From: Podarcis liolepis
Taxonomy: Eukaryota
NCBI GenBank assembly: GCA_965112155.1
Contig: OZ218105.1
Length of the DNA: 64,000 bases
Reading direction: 5' to 3' (one strand)
The notes below the pieces were generated by a model. It saw nothing but the letters and a program-made list of their open reading frames with translations. It ran no database searches and was not told where the DNA came from. Positions 12,831 to 26,325 of this stretch are shown here, piece by piece (within the stretch, counting starts at the first letter, position 1; each line of letters opens with the position of its first letter). Position numbers and translations under genes: made by a program.

Positions 12831-13927
12831 CTGTAGAAAAACAAGGAAACGTAGCATTATAGAACTGAAAAACAAAATTATTACATGTTGGATGAAGCCG
12901 TAGGAAACCTATTTGACTGCAAATAAAAAATATGCTTCATTCACATATTAGTGCTCAGGTTTAATAGTTTCATGTTGTGGAAATCAGAACTTTTCCACCA
13001 AGTTTTTTATTGCTGCTGTATCTATGTTGTGATTAATGCAATGAATGAATTGACTGTGGCAATCCTACTGTAAGTTTACACTGATTACTGTTAACCAACT
13101 TTTTGAAACATGTGCGTGAGTGACAGCAAGAAACAATGCAGAGGATTATGTGTGTTTAAAATGTCCACAACTTCACTGGTTACAGTGCACACAGTTTAGT
13201 GTAGGGTAGGCTGAGGATACCATCACTGGGCAGCTAAACTATACTTGCCAATGTCCCAGTTCCAGCCTATGGGCCCACCATGGCACCCCAGGCAACTTCA
13301 GAGTATGGCAGCCTACCAGCTAGCCAAATTGAGGGTGTGGGCAGCAAGCAGCACCCCAAAACATTCCCTCAGGATGCCCATCTCCCACTTAACTCCACCA
13401 TGGATGCTGCCAAGTTCCTCTCCCACTTGCGACAAGCTTGTGACAGGTTCTCGACAACTGCTGGGAGGAAGGCAAAATCTGCTCAGAGCCAGGCCTAATT
13501 ATACCTTTAGATAAATTTCCTCCTTGCAGCAAGCCTCAGTACACAGCTGTGTACACCAACATAACTTCAAATTAAGAACAAAATGAAGGTGGGCGAGCAG
13601 GTATGTTGGTGACAGCAATGATGCAGCTGCAAGGTGGTCCTGTATTTATAGCAGCTGATTGGCTTTTAGAAGTGAGGCCTCCGCAGAACCCTGTGCTAAC
13701 CTGATGCCAGATACCCTCTTTCAAACCCTGTGGGGCACAAACTGGCGTCAAGGTGGGAATCTGGAACTTGCAGGGATAGATTCTGTGCCAACTGTATAAA
13801 GACAATGTCCTCATGTCCTGATTTCACTGACATGCGTGGAAGCGGGCTTCCGTGAGTATATCCTTAGCTGGAGAGAGGCCAACAGGTTCAAATGGGTGCA
13901 ATATACATGATTTCTGAAATAAATCCA

Positions 13928-14085
13928 GCAGCTGGGGCTGCATGTACATAGAAAACTTTTTAAAGCTGAAATCTCACTAATAACACGTTTGAACTGTCCT
14001 TCAACCAGCCTGTTCCTCTTACCAAACAGCTGATTTGCAGAAATTCAGCTTTTAAAAAGGCTTATGTACACACAGCCCCAGCTAC
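13928..14085. mobile_element. Inverted-repeat element (probable decayed MITE), arms about 47 bp
   Basis: gcagctggggctgcatgtacata..tttttaaagctgaa pairs with ttcagcttttaaaaagg..tatgtacacacagccccagctac. Confidence 0.55.
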
Positions 14086-15342
14086 TCTGTGATGGACTGG
14101 AGCCAGAAAATGGATTAATTTCAGTTAAGGGATTGTTAGAGAGCAGAGTTCCCATCATCACAGAACATTTACTGCCAGTCTATTATGCCACTGAGATTAT
14201 GTGATAGTGCCTCAAGTTCACAGGGGTGGTCTAAGACAACTTTCATGCTATATACCAAATACTACGGGTTAATAAGCCAACCTTTTCTCATTTTTGTGAA
14301 AGACTGTCCCTGGATGGATGAAACACAAATTAAACTCACTAAAAGAATGCACATTAATATTAACTGACACTATCGTTTTTAGTTTGAAAGCTTTGGGACC
14401 AAAAGCAATTTAAAAAAACAGCAACCCACAAACTCCTCTCTGTATGAATTAAAATAGAGTTGATGCCATCTTGTTCAATTAAATTACTTCCCACATTAAA
14501 AGGAACCCAGAGGAATGAGCAACAAGGTTGATAAACACAAAGTGGTTGCATAATTTTCTGACCAGATATAAGCACGTTTCTGAAAGCCCCAAAGTTATAA
14601 ACACTATTTGCAAAATTCCTAATAGATTTTACTGTAGAGCTTGAAAGGTGATGTACTATTTTACAATGCTATGCGATCATGATGGATATTTATGAAGCAG
14701 GCCTCCACAGATCAGAAGAATGAAACATGCAAATCTGACCTTTGATATATACTAAGATTAAAATAATTTGACTTATTATATCTAGCAAAGGATTATAGTG
14801 GACATGTATGAAAGTATTGGTCTGCATAACAAATCTGCAGAAATGTAGAAAAGGTGTGTGGGTGTGGGAAGTATATCTACAGTCTCTTTATAATTATTAG
14901 AGTCTTACCAGAAACACAGTTTAGAAAGAGGCAAAATGAGACCCAAAATTGTGCAAGTGGAACTCTATTCACACAACATAATTTTGCCACCTCCTTTCAA
15001 TTTCCTTATTTCTCCATGTAAATCTCTACCTTTTCGTGTGTATGATTGTGTTAACTTGTTTTAATATGAAATTAAATGATTAGAAAACATACTCACTGAA
15101 ACTGGGTGATGGCTGGCATTAACAAAAGTTTGAATTGAATGATGCCAATGAAACTAATGAAACTAAACTCTAATCACTTCCTCAATCTCCTGCGAAAATG
15201 AAACTCCTAAGTAAAAGAATAATAATAATAATAATTTTTAAAAATTCCTGGTATCTACTGACCCATGTATACACATCTCAACATCTCACGTAAGATGAGC
15301 TGTCCTTTAAAGATGGGGAGGAGGGAGAGAGAGATCACTTAC

Positions 15343-15523
15343 TACTTGGGCTGGAACTTGATGCATTTTTGCAGCAGGAGTCCCAGGGCGTGGGTAAAAC
15401 TGGTTAATAAAAAGACTTGGAAACTTGTACTCTTCTACAAGCTTCATGGTTTCTTGAAAATCTTCATCTGTTTCCCCTGGAAACCCACAAATGATGTCTG
15501 TGGCAATTGTTATTCCAGGCACT
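15343..15523 (-). CDS. CDKAL1: CDKAL1 internal coding exon, 181 bp (equivalent to human exon 12): [60 protein letters not shown]
   Basis: Carries the MiaB/MtaB-family motifs TDIIxGFPGET and YxxRPGTPA. Acceptor tttcag|A; donor GTA|gtaagt. The phase-2 entry matches the previous exon. Confidence 0.98.
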
Positions 15524-18500
15524 CTGAAACGAATGAAAACAAGAAGTGTTAAGCTGAAGACTGGACATATTAGCTTCTTCCCCTAGCAAAATATTAGGCA
15601 TTTAGCGTGTTGCATAACATACAAAGCATTTCCTATGGAAACTGACAACCATTAAATATAGCTTTATATAAGGAAAAGCCCAAACTACAAAATTCAACTA
15701 GCTTAACTGTCATGGTTTCTCTCCAATACACCCATAAATTTTAGTTCTGCAAGGAAGCTTAGAATTTCTAAGAGATCATTCTCGGCATGATACAAAAAAC
15801 TAAAATACTCAGGGTTCTTTCAGGGAAGCCGTAACAGTTAAACCATTTTATATTTGCAACATAGATGTCTGCCCAGAGACCAAGGACGAAGTTAGGAAGG
15901 TATCATTTTTGAAAGCAAATGACCAGCTAGACTACAATACTTCAGGGCATTTCTCCGCAGCAATTTCCAGGGCTTCCAGGCTAGCCAGACTCATTGGAGG
16001 CACACTGGAAGAGAATGGGACCTTTCTAACCCATGCTGTTGATGGTAAGCCATTTGTGTGGGTGGTATGCTGAATTCTGGAATATTCCCCTTCTAGGGTA
16101 TGGGGTGTGGACTACCAAGGGGATGTGGTAATTGTGCAATGTCAGCACATCCAAGAATGTACACTGACATATACTGAACATATTTTTGAGCTCTTCCAGG
16201 ATTTGCATAAATATGTACTCCAAAATTATAATACAGAAACATTCTGAATTCTGTCCTTGCTTCACATGGGAAAGATTTGCAGCTCTGACAGGCTTAAATG
16301 AGGCAAGCTATACGACTCTACAAATGAATGGCAAGTAGCACTGTCTGACATCTCCAAGATTAATAAGATGCACATTATATTTGACAAAAAGCAGTTACAG
16401 TTTAGTTATACCAGTCATTTTAATGACACAGCTGGCATTAGCTAAAGCATGTGATACCTACAGCATTGGTAATGACATCCACTGCATGTGTATTTCCCAG
16501 TTTCTATGGGAACGTGAATGGTAAGTTTCAGTCATGCTAGATTCAGTGAAATGTCCATGACATGTGTTCCATCCAAGGAAAAAAACCAAAAACCCTCTCT
16601 GATTGACATGGAATAATTTTGGTGCTAAAATGGAAATTAAAAACTAATGCATTTCCCTCCCTAAATGTTTCTTTCCAAACAAAATGAAAACTTGGATAAA
16701 GAAGAGCAGCAGGCCTGACCTAAATCATAAGATCCCTATGGTTCTCCTAACATTCTTATAGACAATAACACAAACACATTTTAAAAGTAAAAAAGATGTA
16801 AAAAGTCAGTAATTCAAAAAAGAAAAAATGAAATTACTCCAACATCCTCTTTTTTCTTGACCAATTTTTAAAATTATGATTTTTTAATTATTTTTTCTCA
16901 GAAAAAAATATTTTTTTTCCTCAGAAAAAATAAGGAGCTGTTGGGGTATTGCATTCTAATTTGCAAGCTTAAAACAATCCCAGGGGTCTGAAAATATTTC
17001 CAGTATGTTCATATTGAGCACCTATTCCTAAACCAAATGCAAAAAAGCACTGTGCTAAAAAGAATCTGCCAGTAAACCCACGTCTGAGCAGCATAACTTC
17101 AGATTGCTATAATAATATTGAATGACCAAATGCTCATCCTTATAAAAACAACCTCTTCAAATAGAAATCAGTCTGTCAAGGAAATGTTGTAGCCTAGCTT
17201 CCTCCCTCACTTTTGGGTGAGAACCCACCCAAAATTGCATGAAATCTTGCACGCTCTATAAGATCTTGCCCAAACGGAAGTGACTGGTTCTCATCTCTAA
17301 AGCCCTAACCTGCATGGGACCAGGGTATCTTTAGTATTGCTTCCATTCATATAAATGGTCCTAAGCTTTACCATCTGGGATGGAGGCAGCATTCAGAAAA
17401 TGATTCTTGGTGAAAGGATACAAATATGCATTGAGTGTCACCCTTTCATTTGCTAACTATCTGAGGGAATTAATCAAACATCTACACCAAAAACTGTCTA
17501 TATATTCCTATTGTGCCATGTAGTATACAAGTAAATGAAAAAAGCACAAACAGATGTTTAGAAACCAGGGCCTGACACATCTTTAAGAAAAGCCTAAATG
17601 AAAGCTACCTCTGGCCAGTATAACAGTGTCATAAAACACTTTGTAGTAGCAGAAAATAAAACCATTTGGATCCATACTGAAAAACAAAAAATATAAATTC
17701 AGTATGCGGTATTCAAGGAAGTTTTACTAGAATAAAAATACCGAAATAAATGGATCTAACTTATCCTTGCTCTGTAATTGAAATGTGTCTACTGTGAGTA
17801 AAACATAGTTGAATACCACCCAGTTTAAGGAAGTTCCTTTCTAAAATGCCAGTTATTGTGTGTTCTATTATAAGTTCATTATTTAAGCCTTCTGTTTGGA
17901 TTACTTTTAACAAACGCAAATCTGTTGATGATGTTCATATTTCCAATAAATACATCAGCAGGAGACTCCTCACAGGCAGGACACCTGCTAACATCTTTTA
18001 TTCATGTACATGCTCCTGGTGCAGAACAATTACATTGTTTCATATATTGTAAAATGTATTCTATAAGCAGCTGATATATTACTGCAGCCTACTCTGTCAG
18101 GCACTTTCCTTTGTGCTCTAGTTGCACCGAAGTACAAAATGACTTTTCACTGTTGCATTTCCTTTTAAAAGTCTGTAATGACAACACACTGCAACACTCG
18201 ACAAACAGTGAATATTTTAAAATGCAAATATGTCTTTCAGGCTTTTAAAAAATGCAATTTGTTTCCATTGCTTCATATACCAGAGGGAAGAACAAGCGAT
18301 GGCAATGCTTTCCTAGACACATGAGGTCACAGTAACTAGAGCTTGGGTTCTGAGAGGTGCCCACCCACTCCACAAATAAGTGTTTTGTCAAGGCTTTTCA
18401 CCTCTTCTCCTTTTAACTCTTGTGGCACGCTACTACCACCTAATTCCCAGAAAGAAGACTTCCTCATCTAAGCTCTTGGCTACTCGCTCCCATCAGACGT

Positions 18501-19080
18501 AACCTTTGACACACACTGGCTGAACTCAGGAACAGAGGAAGCAAAATTTGCAGCAATCCAAGATTTAAAGAGAAGTGGGCTACTGCAAATATACAACCAC
18601 TCAAGCACAACCTTCAATGGGGAATCTTTGTTTTAATCACCATTACTCTCAGATTTTCAGCATCCTGACTATGAACATTTTCATTAACCTATCTGCCTGA
18701 AGTACTGAGCTGCCCCCTTCCAGAAACATGTCGTACTGTGTGTTATTTGAATGAGCCACTAAAAGATTTATCTATCAAGTAATTCATCATCCGATAACTT
18801 TCCACAGCGTGTTTGACATATATGCTTGGTAAATTTCCTATCTATATCATGCCAAGCGGTAGGAAGAATTTATTTCCCATCCTATGAATAAATGTTAAAT
18901 ATCAACACATTATAAACACTACAAAACAGGCAGAAAGGACTCTTCTGCAGAGTATTTTTGAATAGAGGAAATAACTGGACAATTCAGATTTAGGCAGCAA
19001 TTGAGACATTTGATTATAAACTGAGATATTCTAAGTTCCTTTGGCTTTTTCCTTCTAGGCTTATTGACAGGGTGGCGTTA

Positions 19081-19128
<48 letters not shown>
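19081..19128. repeat. (ATCT)12 microsatellite
   Basis: Read directly from the sequence. Confidence 0.97.
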
Positions 19129-19129
<1 letters not shown>

Positions 19130-22100
19130 CAGAATCCTCTGCTTCAATTGCATGCTGAGTGAAATGAGTCTTCTTTCTGTTTCTGTAACAGTAGTGGAGG
19201 CTTCTAGAGGTAGCTTTCTCAGCAAGCAGAAGTAGCCTAAATGCCTTTTGCTCCCAACTTTCATCATTGATTTCTTTGAAGGCACAATTTCAGTTTGGAG
19301 CCCCATTTGGGCTTACTTATCCTTAAACAGTCTACACTTGCCATACAAATGAAACCCTGTACAAAACTTCATCAAAGATTTATAACTTCAGATCATTACT
19401 GTTTTATGACTTTAAAATGAGAGACTTAAGACAAAAGCTCAACATCCTTAAACTTCATTTCCATTAAATCTCTAATAAATACCATCTGGTGTGTACTTTG
19501 GGGATATAATACACGTCAAAAACTCAGCCACATTATGAGAACCAGCACCAAGTTTATCTGAAATGCATATTTGAACAGATGTGTTTAAATTACATCTCCT
19601 TCTATGCACATGCATAAATTCAGAGCAAGCGTGTGTTGATTTAAAATGCATAAAAATGGGATTTGGAGATGCATCACAAGTGAATGGCATCTCAATGGAT
19701 CAAGGCTCACATTACTAAAGGTCATTACTAAAACTAAGGTTTGCATTTATTAAGAGTTGCATCGGGGAAATGATCATGAGAACTGGCTTAACATTTGCTG
19801 CATGATAGCAGTCACTGAGAACTGTCAGCTAATTTTCTGTTACATCTCCACATTTAGTTTTCAGCACCATCGCTAAATATTATTTGCTCTACTAAAACAG
19901 GAGACAAAATTATTTAGCTGTAAGCTGCTCAACCTGGCTTTAAACAGCTGCGTATGCCAGTTTGGAATAAAGTAGAAATTCCTTGCATTTGGCACGGTGA
20001 TTTCAGAAGACGGAGCCCCAACAACATGAATTTCATTCTCTCAACACCAATTTCAAGCTATTATTATAAAATGGCATGTTCAGTAAGGAAAACTTGTCCG
20101 GATGGTTCAATAATTCATGCACAGAGCAGTGCTGAGGTGTAGAGACAGGGACTTGGAATGGGAAGACTTGTTTAATTCTTCACTCAGCCATGCAGCTTGT
20201 GGGGTGGTGTTGGGCAATTCAAGATTTCATAGGTTAAAACTCCTCACTGGATTTGTGTGTGAATAAAGTGACCAACCTCAGCTAGCCTTGCCCCTTTGCC
20301 AAAGCCACTTACCCCTTCACATCTTACTGAAGCCCCTCTCTCCCTCCTTATCAAAATCACTCTTCCCCTTAGACATAATCAAACCTCTGCTTGCTGGCCT
20401 GGGCATCACATGCCTGCCTGTGCTGCATCTCCAGTTCCCTACTTCTCATGTTCCTCCTCTGATGGCTTAGCAGCTCTGTAGTTCACAGTGCCACCTGTAG
20501 GCAGCCATGCAAACTGCAGCATGATGACATCCTTAGGAAAATATGCATTAGGAGAAATTAAAAATAAATAGTTCAATATGTACCACCCTGACACTCCTTG
20601 AGAAAAGGGGTGTGTGAATATGCAAGATTTAAGAGTATGTGCTTCACACTTTACATCAGAAGCACAAGTCAGCTGCATTTCTACAAGTCCTGTCTCTTTC
20701 GTGTGACCAGCCTATAGCCCAATCTTCTGCTGGTTTACACAGCTAAGTTCAGTAGGGGTTACTCATCTTCAGGTGTTTAGGACATAGAACATGCGGAGGT
20801 GTACTATGGAAAGAAACCATGACCTGTGGTCCACATTCAGCACAGATGTGAAAACCATCATTACCTACTGGCACCCCAAGAATCTGCTTACAAACTACTT
20901 AAAGAAATATGGCTGTAATTTTTCTTACATGAAGCGCTGGCATGCTATGTGAGCACTCAAATATGTTAACTGTTTTATAGGCGATGTTTGTCTTTTCAAG
21001 AAGACCACTCTGTAAGTTTGGTATTTACTGTGATTCTGTTGCCTAGATACTCTGGAAGTTTCAATCAATAGTCACCAGTAACTATCCTTGCAACTGTCCT
21101 CAACACACAATGTTGTTTGAATTAACATTATTTTGCTAAGAATGTTGCAATGCATTCACAGTGATTTCAGATTGTTATGGATTTGTTTACCTTGGAACTG
21201 CATAAGGTGGGTGAAGAACAATCAAGTTGCTGCATATTCTGAACTCCAAGAATGGGAGGAAGACTGGGGGTTGCCTGGCAGTTGTGCAGATCATCTTGAC
21301 AGCACAGTGCCAAACAAGCAACCTCTCCACCTCTCATTTCTACATTTACAACCCTCTCTCTCCAATCTGGATTGGGACCAAAGCGGAGGAAATTTTGAAA
21401 ATTCATTTTCATGGCACTCTCCTCCTTACATAAAAATCATGCTCACTCCAGGCTGCTATTAGCTGCAGAGGGTGGGAAGAAGACAGGTACAGAGTTGTAT
21501 CTGTCTCTCCTTCTACTCACCAGGATTCTTGGTTTCTTCTTTGGTGTGTTTGTGATGACAGTTCTCCCATGTCTATTTTGTCTTTTAGATCTACTGAAAT
21601 CAGTGGAGCTTAAGTTCTTAAATACTTGCAAAATGGGATTTAGGCGCAGTTACCTAAGTTGTAATCAAACAACTCACGGCATTTGCTTTTGCAAATGGTT
21701 ATAACCATAAATAAGCAAAAACCTTTTTAAAATCCAGAGGTGGCCTCTTGAGAAATGCTCTTCAGCAGAGTTGAGGTGGGGGGAAATGATGAGACTAGAA
21801 AACAAGTGAGCTAGCTTATAAATAATTACATGTGCCAGAAGCTGTTCGACTTGAAACAATATAAACTCAATAAAAAGCCATTGCCCTAAAGCATGAATTT
21901 AACTTTTTTATTGTTCATGTCAGTGGAATGCTTCTCTTTAAATGGTTACTTCACAAATCAGTCAATGTTTTGAAACATGTTACTACGACAGCAGCACATC
22001 TAACTATTCTTGGGGAAATGGAAGCAAATAGTATGTACACTTTCAGAAACAGTGGATCTCATGGCTATGAAAACCTGGAAATACATTTCATAAAATAGCC

Positions 22101-23799
22101 TAGGAATGAAAACAGAAGCCACAAGTGGGAATTACAACAAAACAGTGCAATGGGGAGGAGTGCTCCTGAAAGGTTTCTGGCCAACCAAACATGCCCTCTT
22201 TCAGCATTTCCCCACTCGATTTTCTGCCCCTCTCAAGTCAATCAGAAATATGTGCCCATGGAACACAGTTAGCCCTCAGTGGGGTGTTTTGATGTCCTCC
22301 CCCTTTATACAGTATTCTAAATAGTGTGTTTTTGTCATTTTAAACGCCTCGGAATTTCCCAAGCTTGCTGATATGAATGGTGTATTTTGGCTGCACTAGG
22401 ACAGGCACTCTGAGAATGATTACATTATTAGTATATTTTATTACTGTGTGCTTGGAAAGCATGTTCTCTTCTCTTAGGCAAAGTCCACAAACTTATCTCA
22501 TGCTATTCCACCATTTAAAAGCTTTATTAGAAACATTTAAGACTTACAAATACCTATATGAAACTTTTGCCTACAGAGTAGGTGAACATGCCTTTCAAAT
22601 ATGATGTATATATCTTCCAGTCATTTCATACCTTGTGTGTTATTTATAACTAATTTCCAGTTTGATGAATATAAACATTGCTATGTTTTCTTTCTTTCTT
22701 TTTGTCTGCTCACTTTGTTCCAAGGTTCCCAAAAATGCTAGAGACAGATCTGAATAATTGCTAGCTTTTATATCATCTAAGGAAAGTGGCTTTTGCTTTT
22801 TTGTTGCAAGCTGCTATGGTGTAACATACGATCTTTTGCTCTGTGCCCAAACTATCATAGTGATTCTGCAGCAAAAAATCCAGAATCAGCATCACCATCT
22901 AAAGGTCACTATATATTGTCATAGATACATTGCCCCCAGTGCTTTTCATTGAATGTTGAATCCAAAGAAAAACTCTCAGTAACTCAAAAGCTCGCTTGCT
23001 ATTTTGTCATCTTTACTTGAGATGGTTTAAAATAATTAGCCAATATATTTTCCAATCTTCCATGATTTCAAATTGGAAGCGTTATCTTTGCTTGGCCAGT
23101 CCAACTCTATTTCCCATCACAAAATAGGTAATTTGTATTACTCCTCTTAGGCTTTAACGATCTGAGGGTGTTTTCAGTGAAAACTATTACCCACATGGAA
23201 GGAGGAAACCTAAATATCTTAAGCAAATACATTCCTTGACTAAGAGTGAACTGCATACAGAAACTAAGTAGAGTACACACTGTATTTTCCACAGTGTTAT
23301 AAACAGGTCCCCTGTAGGCAAGAGGCTAGACGATAAATGATCGGAATGAATGGAATGAAGACGTGAATGTCTGGAAGTTTTAAATGTAACACTAAGTCAC
23401 AGGGCAATGTTTCTGAATGCAGGATTCAAGGAAGAGGGTATATTGCAAGACTAATGGCTAACTGAGATAACACTTTTTTGGTCACTGCTCAATTGGATGA
23501 CTTAAGCAGTTGCCAGCAGTAGGTGTATGAATCAAGTCTGCTTGAGGACTGAAACACACAGTGTGAGTGAAACTACCCTGTCACTTCATAAAGTTCCTGA
23601 CCAAAGTTAACTGCCACATCTCTGGGGGGGAAACCCAAAGCTTTTTCTTTTTTTAAAAGGGCAGACAAGTCCAGCAACAAGTTAACTTTATTAGGAAAAT
23701 GTGCTGTTGTTTTCAGATATAAAAGCTAACTTTTCTAAATAAAAGAAAGTACTTTTTTATGCAGGCTGAAGATCATCAATCAGATACACTCAAGTTAAA

Positions 23800-24090
23800 A
23801 TCATAGAGAAGGATGCATGGCACGAGGCGGGTATCTTCACTGTAGTCTTTTCAGCATCTGCTAAATATATTTTTGTTTAAGCAAGCCTATCCAGACATGC
23901 AGAAGTTGTCATGTGTCTAACCATGTGTTACAGCTTATTATTGATTTCAGGTTTCTTTTTTTTTGAATGTATGAATATTTTAAATATTTGTTTTAAACTG
24001 TTTTTTACTGACCATTTTACTGTTTTATTCTTTTTGTAAAGCACTTTTATTAGAATCAAAGGCGATATAACTGCTGTGAAATAAACAAAC
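23800..24090 (+). mobile_element. Probable L2-clade LINE 3' end
   Basis: tttttgtttaagcaagcctat (LFKQAY-like ORF end), then a T-rich UTR and the terminus tgtaaagcacttt...gcgatata...aaataaacaaac. Confidence 0.45.
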
Positions 24091-24555
24091 GAGCATTAAG
24101 CCTAACAATATTACAAACCTTATATATATTATCTTCTTCTTCTCATATTGTATGCATATGAGGGCCTGAAAATTTCATCAAGCATTTAAAATGATAATTC
24201 TACCGCTGCAAGTGTATGAGCTACCAGAAAAGCCGTATTTTAAAAATCCATTAAGAACCCTTCATTTGAAAAGCATTACGATCTATTGGATCAGTGATCT
24301 GTAAATGAAGAAGGATCAGCAAAAGGACTGTAATTAATCTGAAGGTGCTTGTCAAAAATTGCTTGTTAATATTACATGCTGATGATGAGCATTAGTAGAA
24401 AGCGAGCTGTGCAGCACTGCTGAGGAAATGCACTGCCTGAAAAACTGCACTTGCCAAAATTTAGATATACAAAACACAAGGGATATTGTGTACCCAAAAG
24501 CCTCGCATGATTATTTGTTACTATCTAAATTTCAATTGATGATGAGTTATATATT

Positions 24556-24806
24556 AGAAGAAGAAGAAGAGTTTGGATTTGATATCCCGCCTTTCACTCC
24601 CCTTCAGGAGTCTCAAAGCGGCTAACATTCTCCTTTCCCTTCCTCCCCCACAACAAACACTCTGTGAGGTGAGTGGGGCTGAGAGACTTCAGAGAAGTGT
24701 GGCTGGCCCAAGGTCACCCAGCAGCTGCATGTGGAGGAGCGGAGACGCGAACCCTGTTCCCCAGATTACGAGACTACCGCTCTTAACCACTACACCGCAC
24801 TGGCTC
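24556..24806 (-). mobile_element. tRNA-derived SINE (Squam3-like) with (CTT)n tail, second copy
   Basis: Highly similar to 211-460 over its whole length. Explains the similar spurious ORFs 87..479 and 24573..24875. Confidence 0.85.
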
Positions 24807-25589
24807 TCAATTCATGAAGAATGCATTTCATCCTTTGCAGAAAGTGGGGCAGCTTCCAACTTCTACACGTTGTGAAAATATTTAAAATGTAATATATTAC
24901 AAAAATGCTCCGTGCCAAAATGGTCAAAATACAACAAATGCTTCAATTCCATTCAATGGGAAGCCTAACGTCTGTTTTGCTAGAGGCAGCTTAGCATAAG
25001 AGAACCATTCTGGGGAAACGAAGACATGAGTTTATTTATGGGATGTCCACAAATAAATCCATTATGGGAGAACAGACCTAGGTAAAGAGGTTTTAAGCTC
25101 TTTTTAAAATACGTATGTGGCAGTAGCATAATCAATAACTCAAATACTGATATGTACTGCAGTCACTGGCTGGCTACTCTGTTGCTGCCATCTCCTTCTC
25201 TTGTTGGGGAACAAAGAGTTTGAGATGGGAAGATGTAGTGTTGTTTCCATCTTGGACCCTTGGCTGCAGGTTGCTCTGTCCCAGTAGGTTGAAGGAGATG
25301 GTGGTCTAGGAACAAGGGGGCAGTTGAGCAAAGAGTGCAGGCACTGGAGACCCATTAGAATGGCCCATCCCAGAAGGATGTCTGAGTGTCCTTGGGTAGT
25401 TTGCACACTGCCATGTCTGGGGTTCCTGTTGATGTTTTTAGCTATGTTGTGGAATTCAAAGATGAGGTGGGTGCTTCAATATAAGCAACTACGGTATCTT
25501 CCTGTATAGGCTGCCTGGGCTGGAAGCTGGGGACACTGTGCTGTTGTGTTTCTGTATTTATCTCAATGGCATATTCCATAAGATGCCGC

Positions 25590-25980
25590 TTATTTTGGGG
25601 GGGCCCACATGGCATTTGTTCACTATCTGCATAAACTGATCAGTGAGGTCATCCAGAAATTTAGAGTGTGGTTATCCAATATGTGGCCTACATCTTATTT
25701 TTATTTGATTTTGATGAGGTGGTAGACCAGGGTTTGAGATTCCTAATGAGTCAGATGAGAAGCAATATACTGAAACTCAGTTCAGGCAAGAAAGAAGTGC
25801 TGCTGGTCAGTTGTTCACCTGTCAGACTGATGGAATTCAATCTGTTCTGGATGGGGTTGGGCCCCCTGCTAAATGGGCAAAATACTTATACAGTAAATTA
25901 AAAAGTGATTGGGCTTTTGTACAGAACCATGTACAGAAGCAGAAGTATGGCCAGCAGCACTATCCAGCTCCGAAATGAAT
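25590..25980 (+). mobile_element. Degenerate L2-clade LINE reverse transcriptase fragment
   Basis: MRSNILKLSSGKKEVLLV resembles the L2 motif WMRxNKLKLNPxKTEVL. Upstream remnants resemble EVIRxFG..HQYADD. Confidence 0.6.
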
Positions 25981-26246
25981 ACTTCATTCAAAGCTGTATC
26001 ATCATTATTAAAAGGCCTAGTTGAGCAACACAAGAGCAGTCAACTATAATGCTGAAACTCTGACAGCTAACAAAATAATTAAAATCAGTTAAAAATATAA
26101 GATTTTCACCACCATTCTTAAGTTGCTTAAACTGATTTATGTCAGTGAAGTGAATACAAAAAAGTGACATTCAGATCTAGGATATTTTTTCAACTGTTGT
26201 TACCAGATATTACATATTATAAAAACGGTGGATAAATGCAACATAT

Positions 26247-26325
26247 AAATGCTTCGGGGGGACTGATCATTTGCTCATTCCTGCAGTTGCAGGAATGAGC
26301 AAATGATCAATCCCCCAAAGCATTT
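26247..26325. repeat. Near-perfect palindrome with a 22-bp perfect core stem and a 2-nt spacer
   Basis: tgatcatttgctcattcctgca GT tgcaggaatgagcaaatgatca, extended by aaatgctt.ggggg / ccccc.aagcattt. Confidence 0.9.

Noticed and set aside
15307-15522. ORF-track boundaries for the CDKAL1 pieces (also 37204-37437)
   Set aside because: The ORFs run into intron sequence; true boundaries were set from splice sites and phase continuity.
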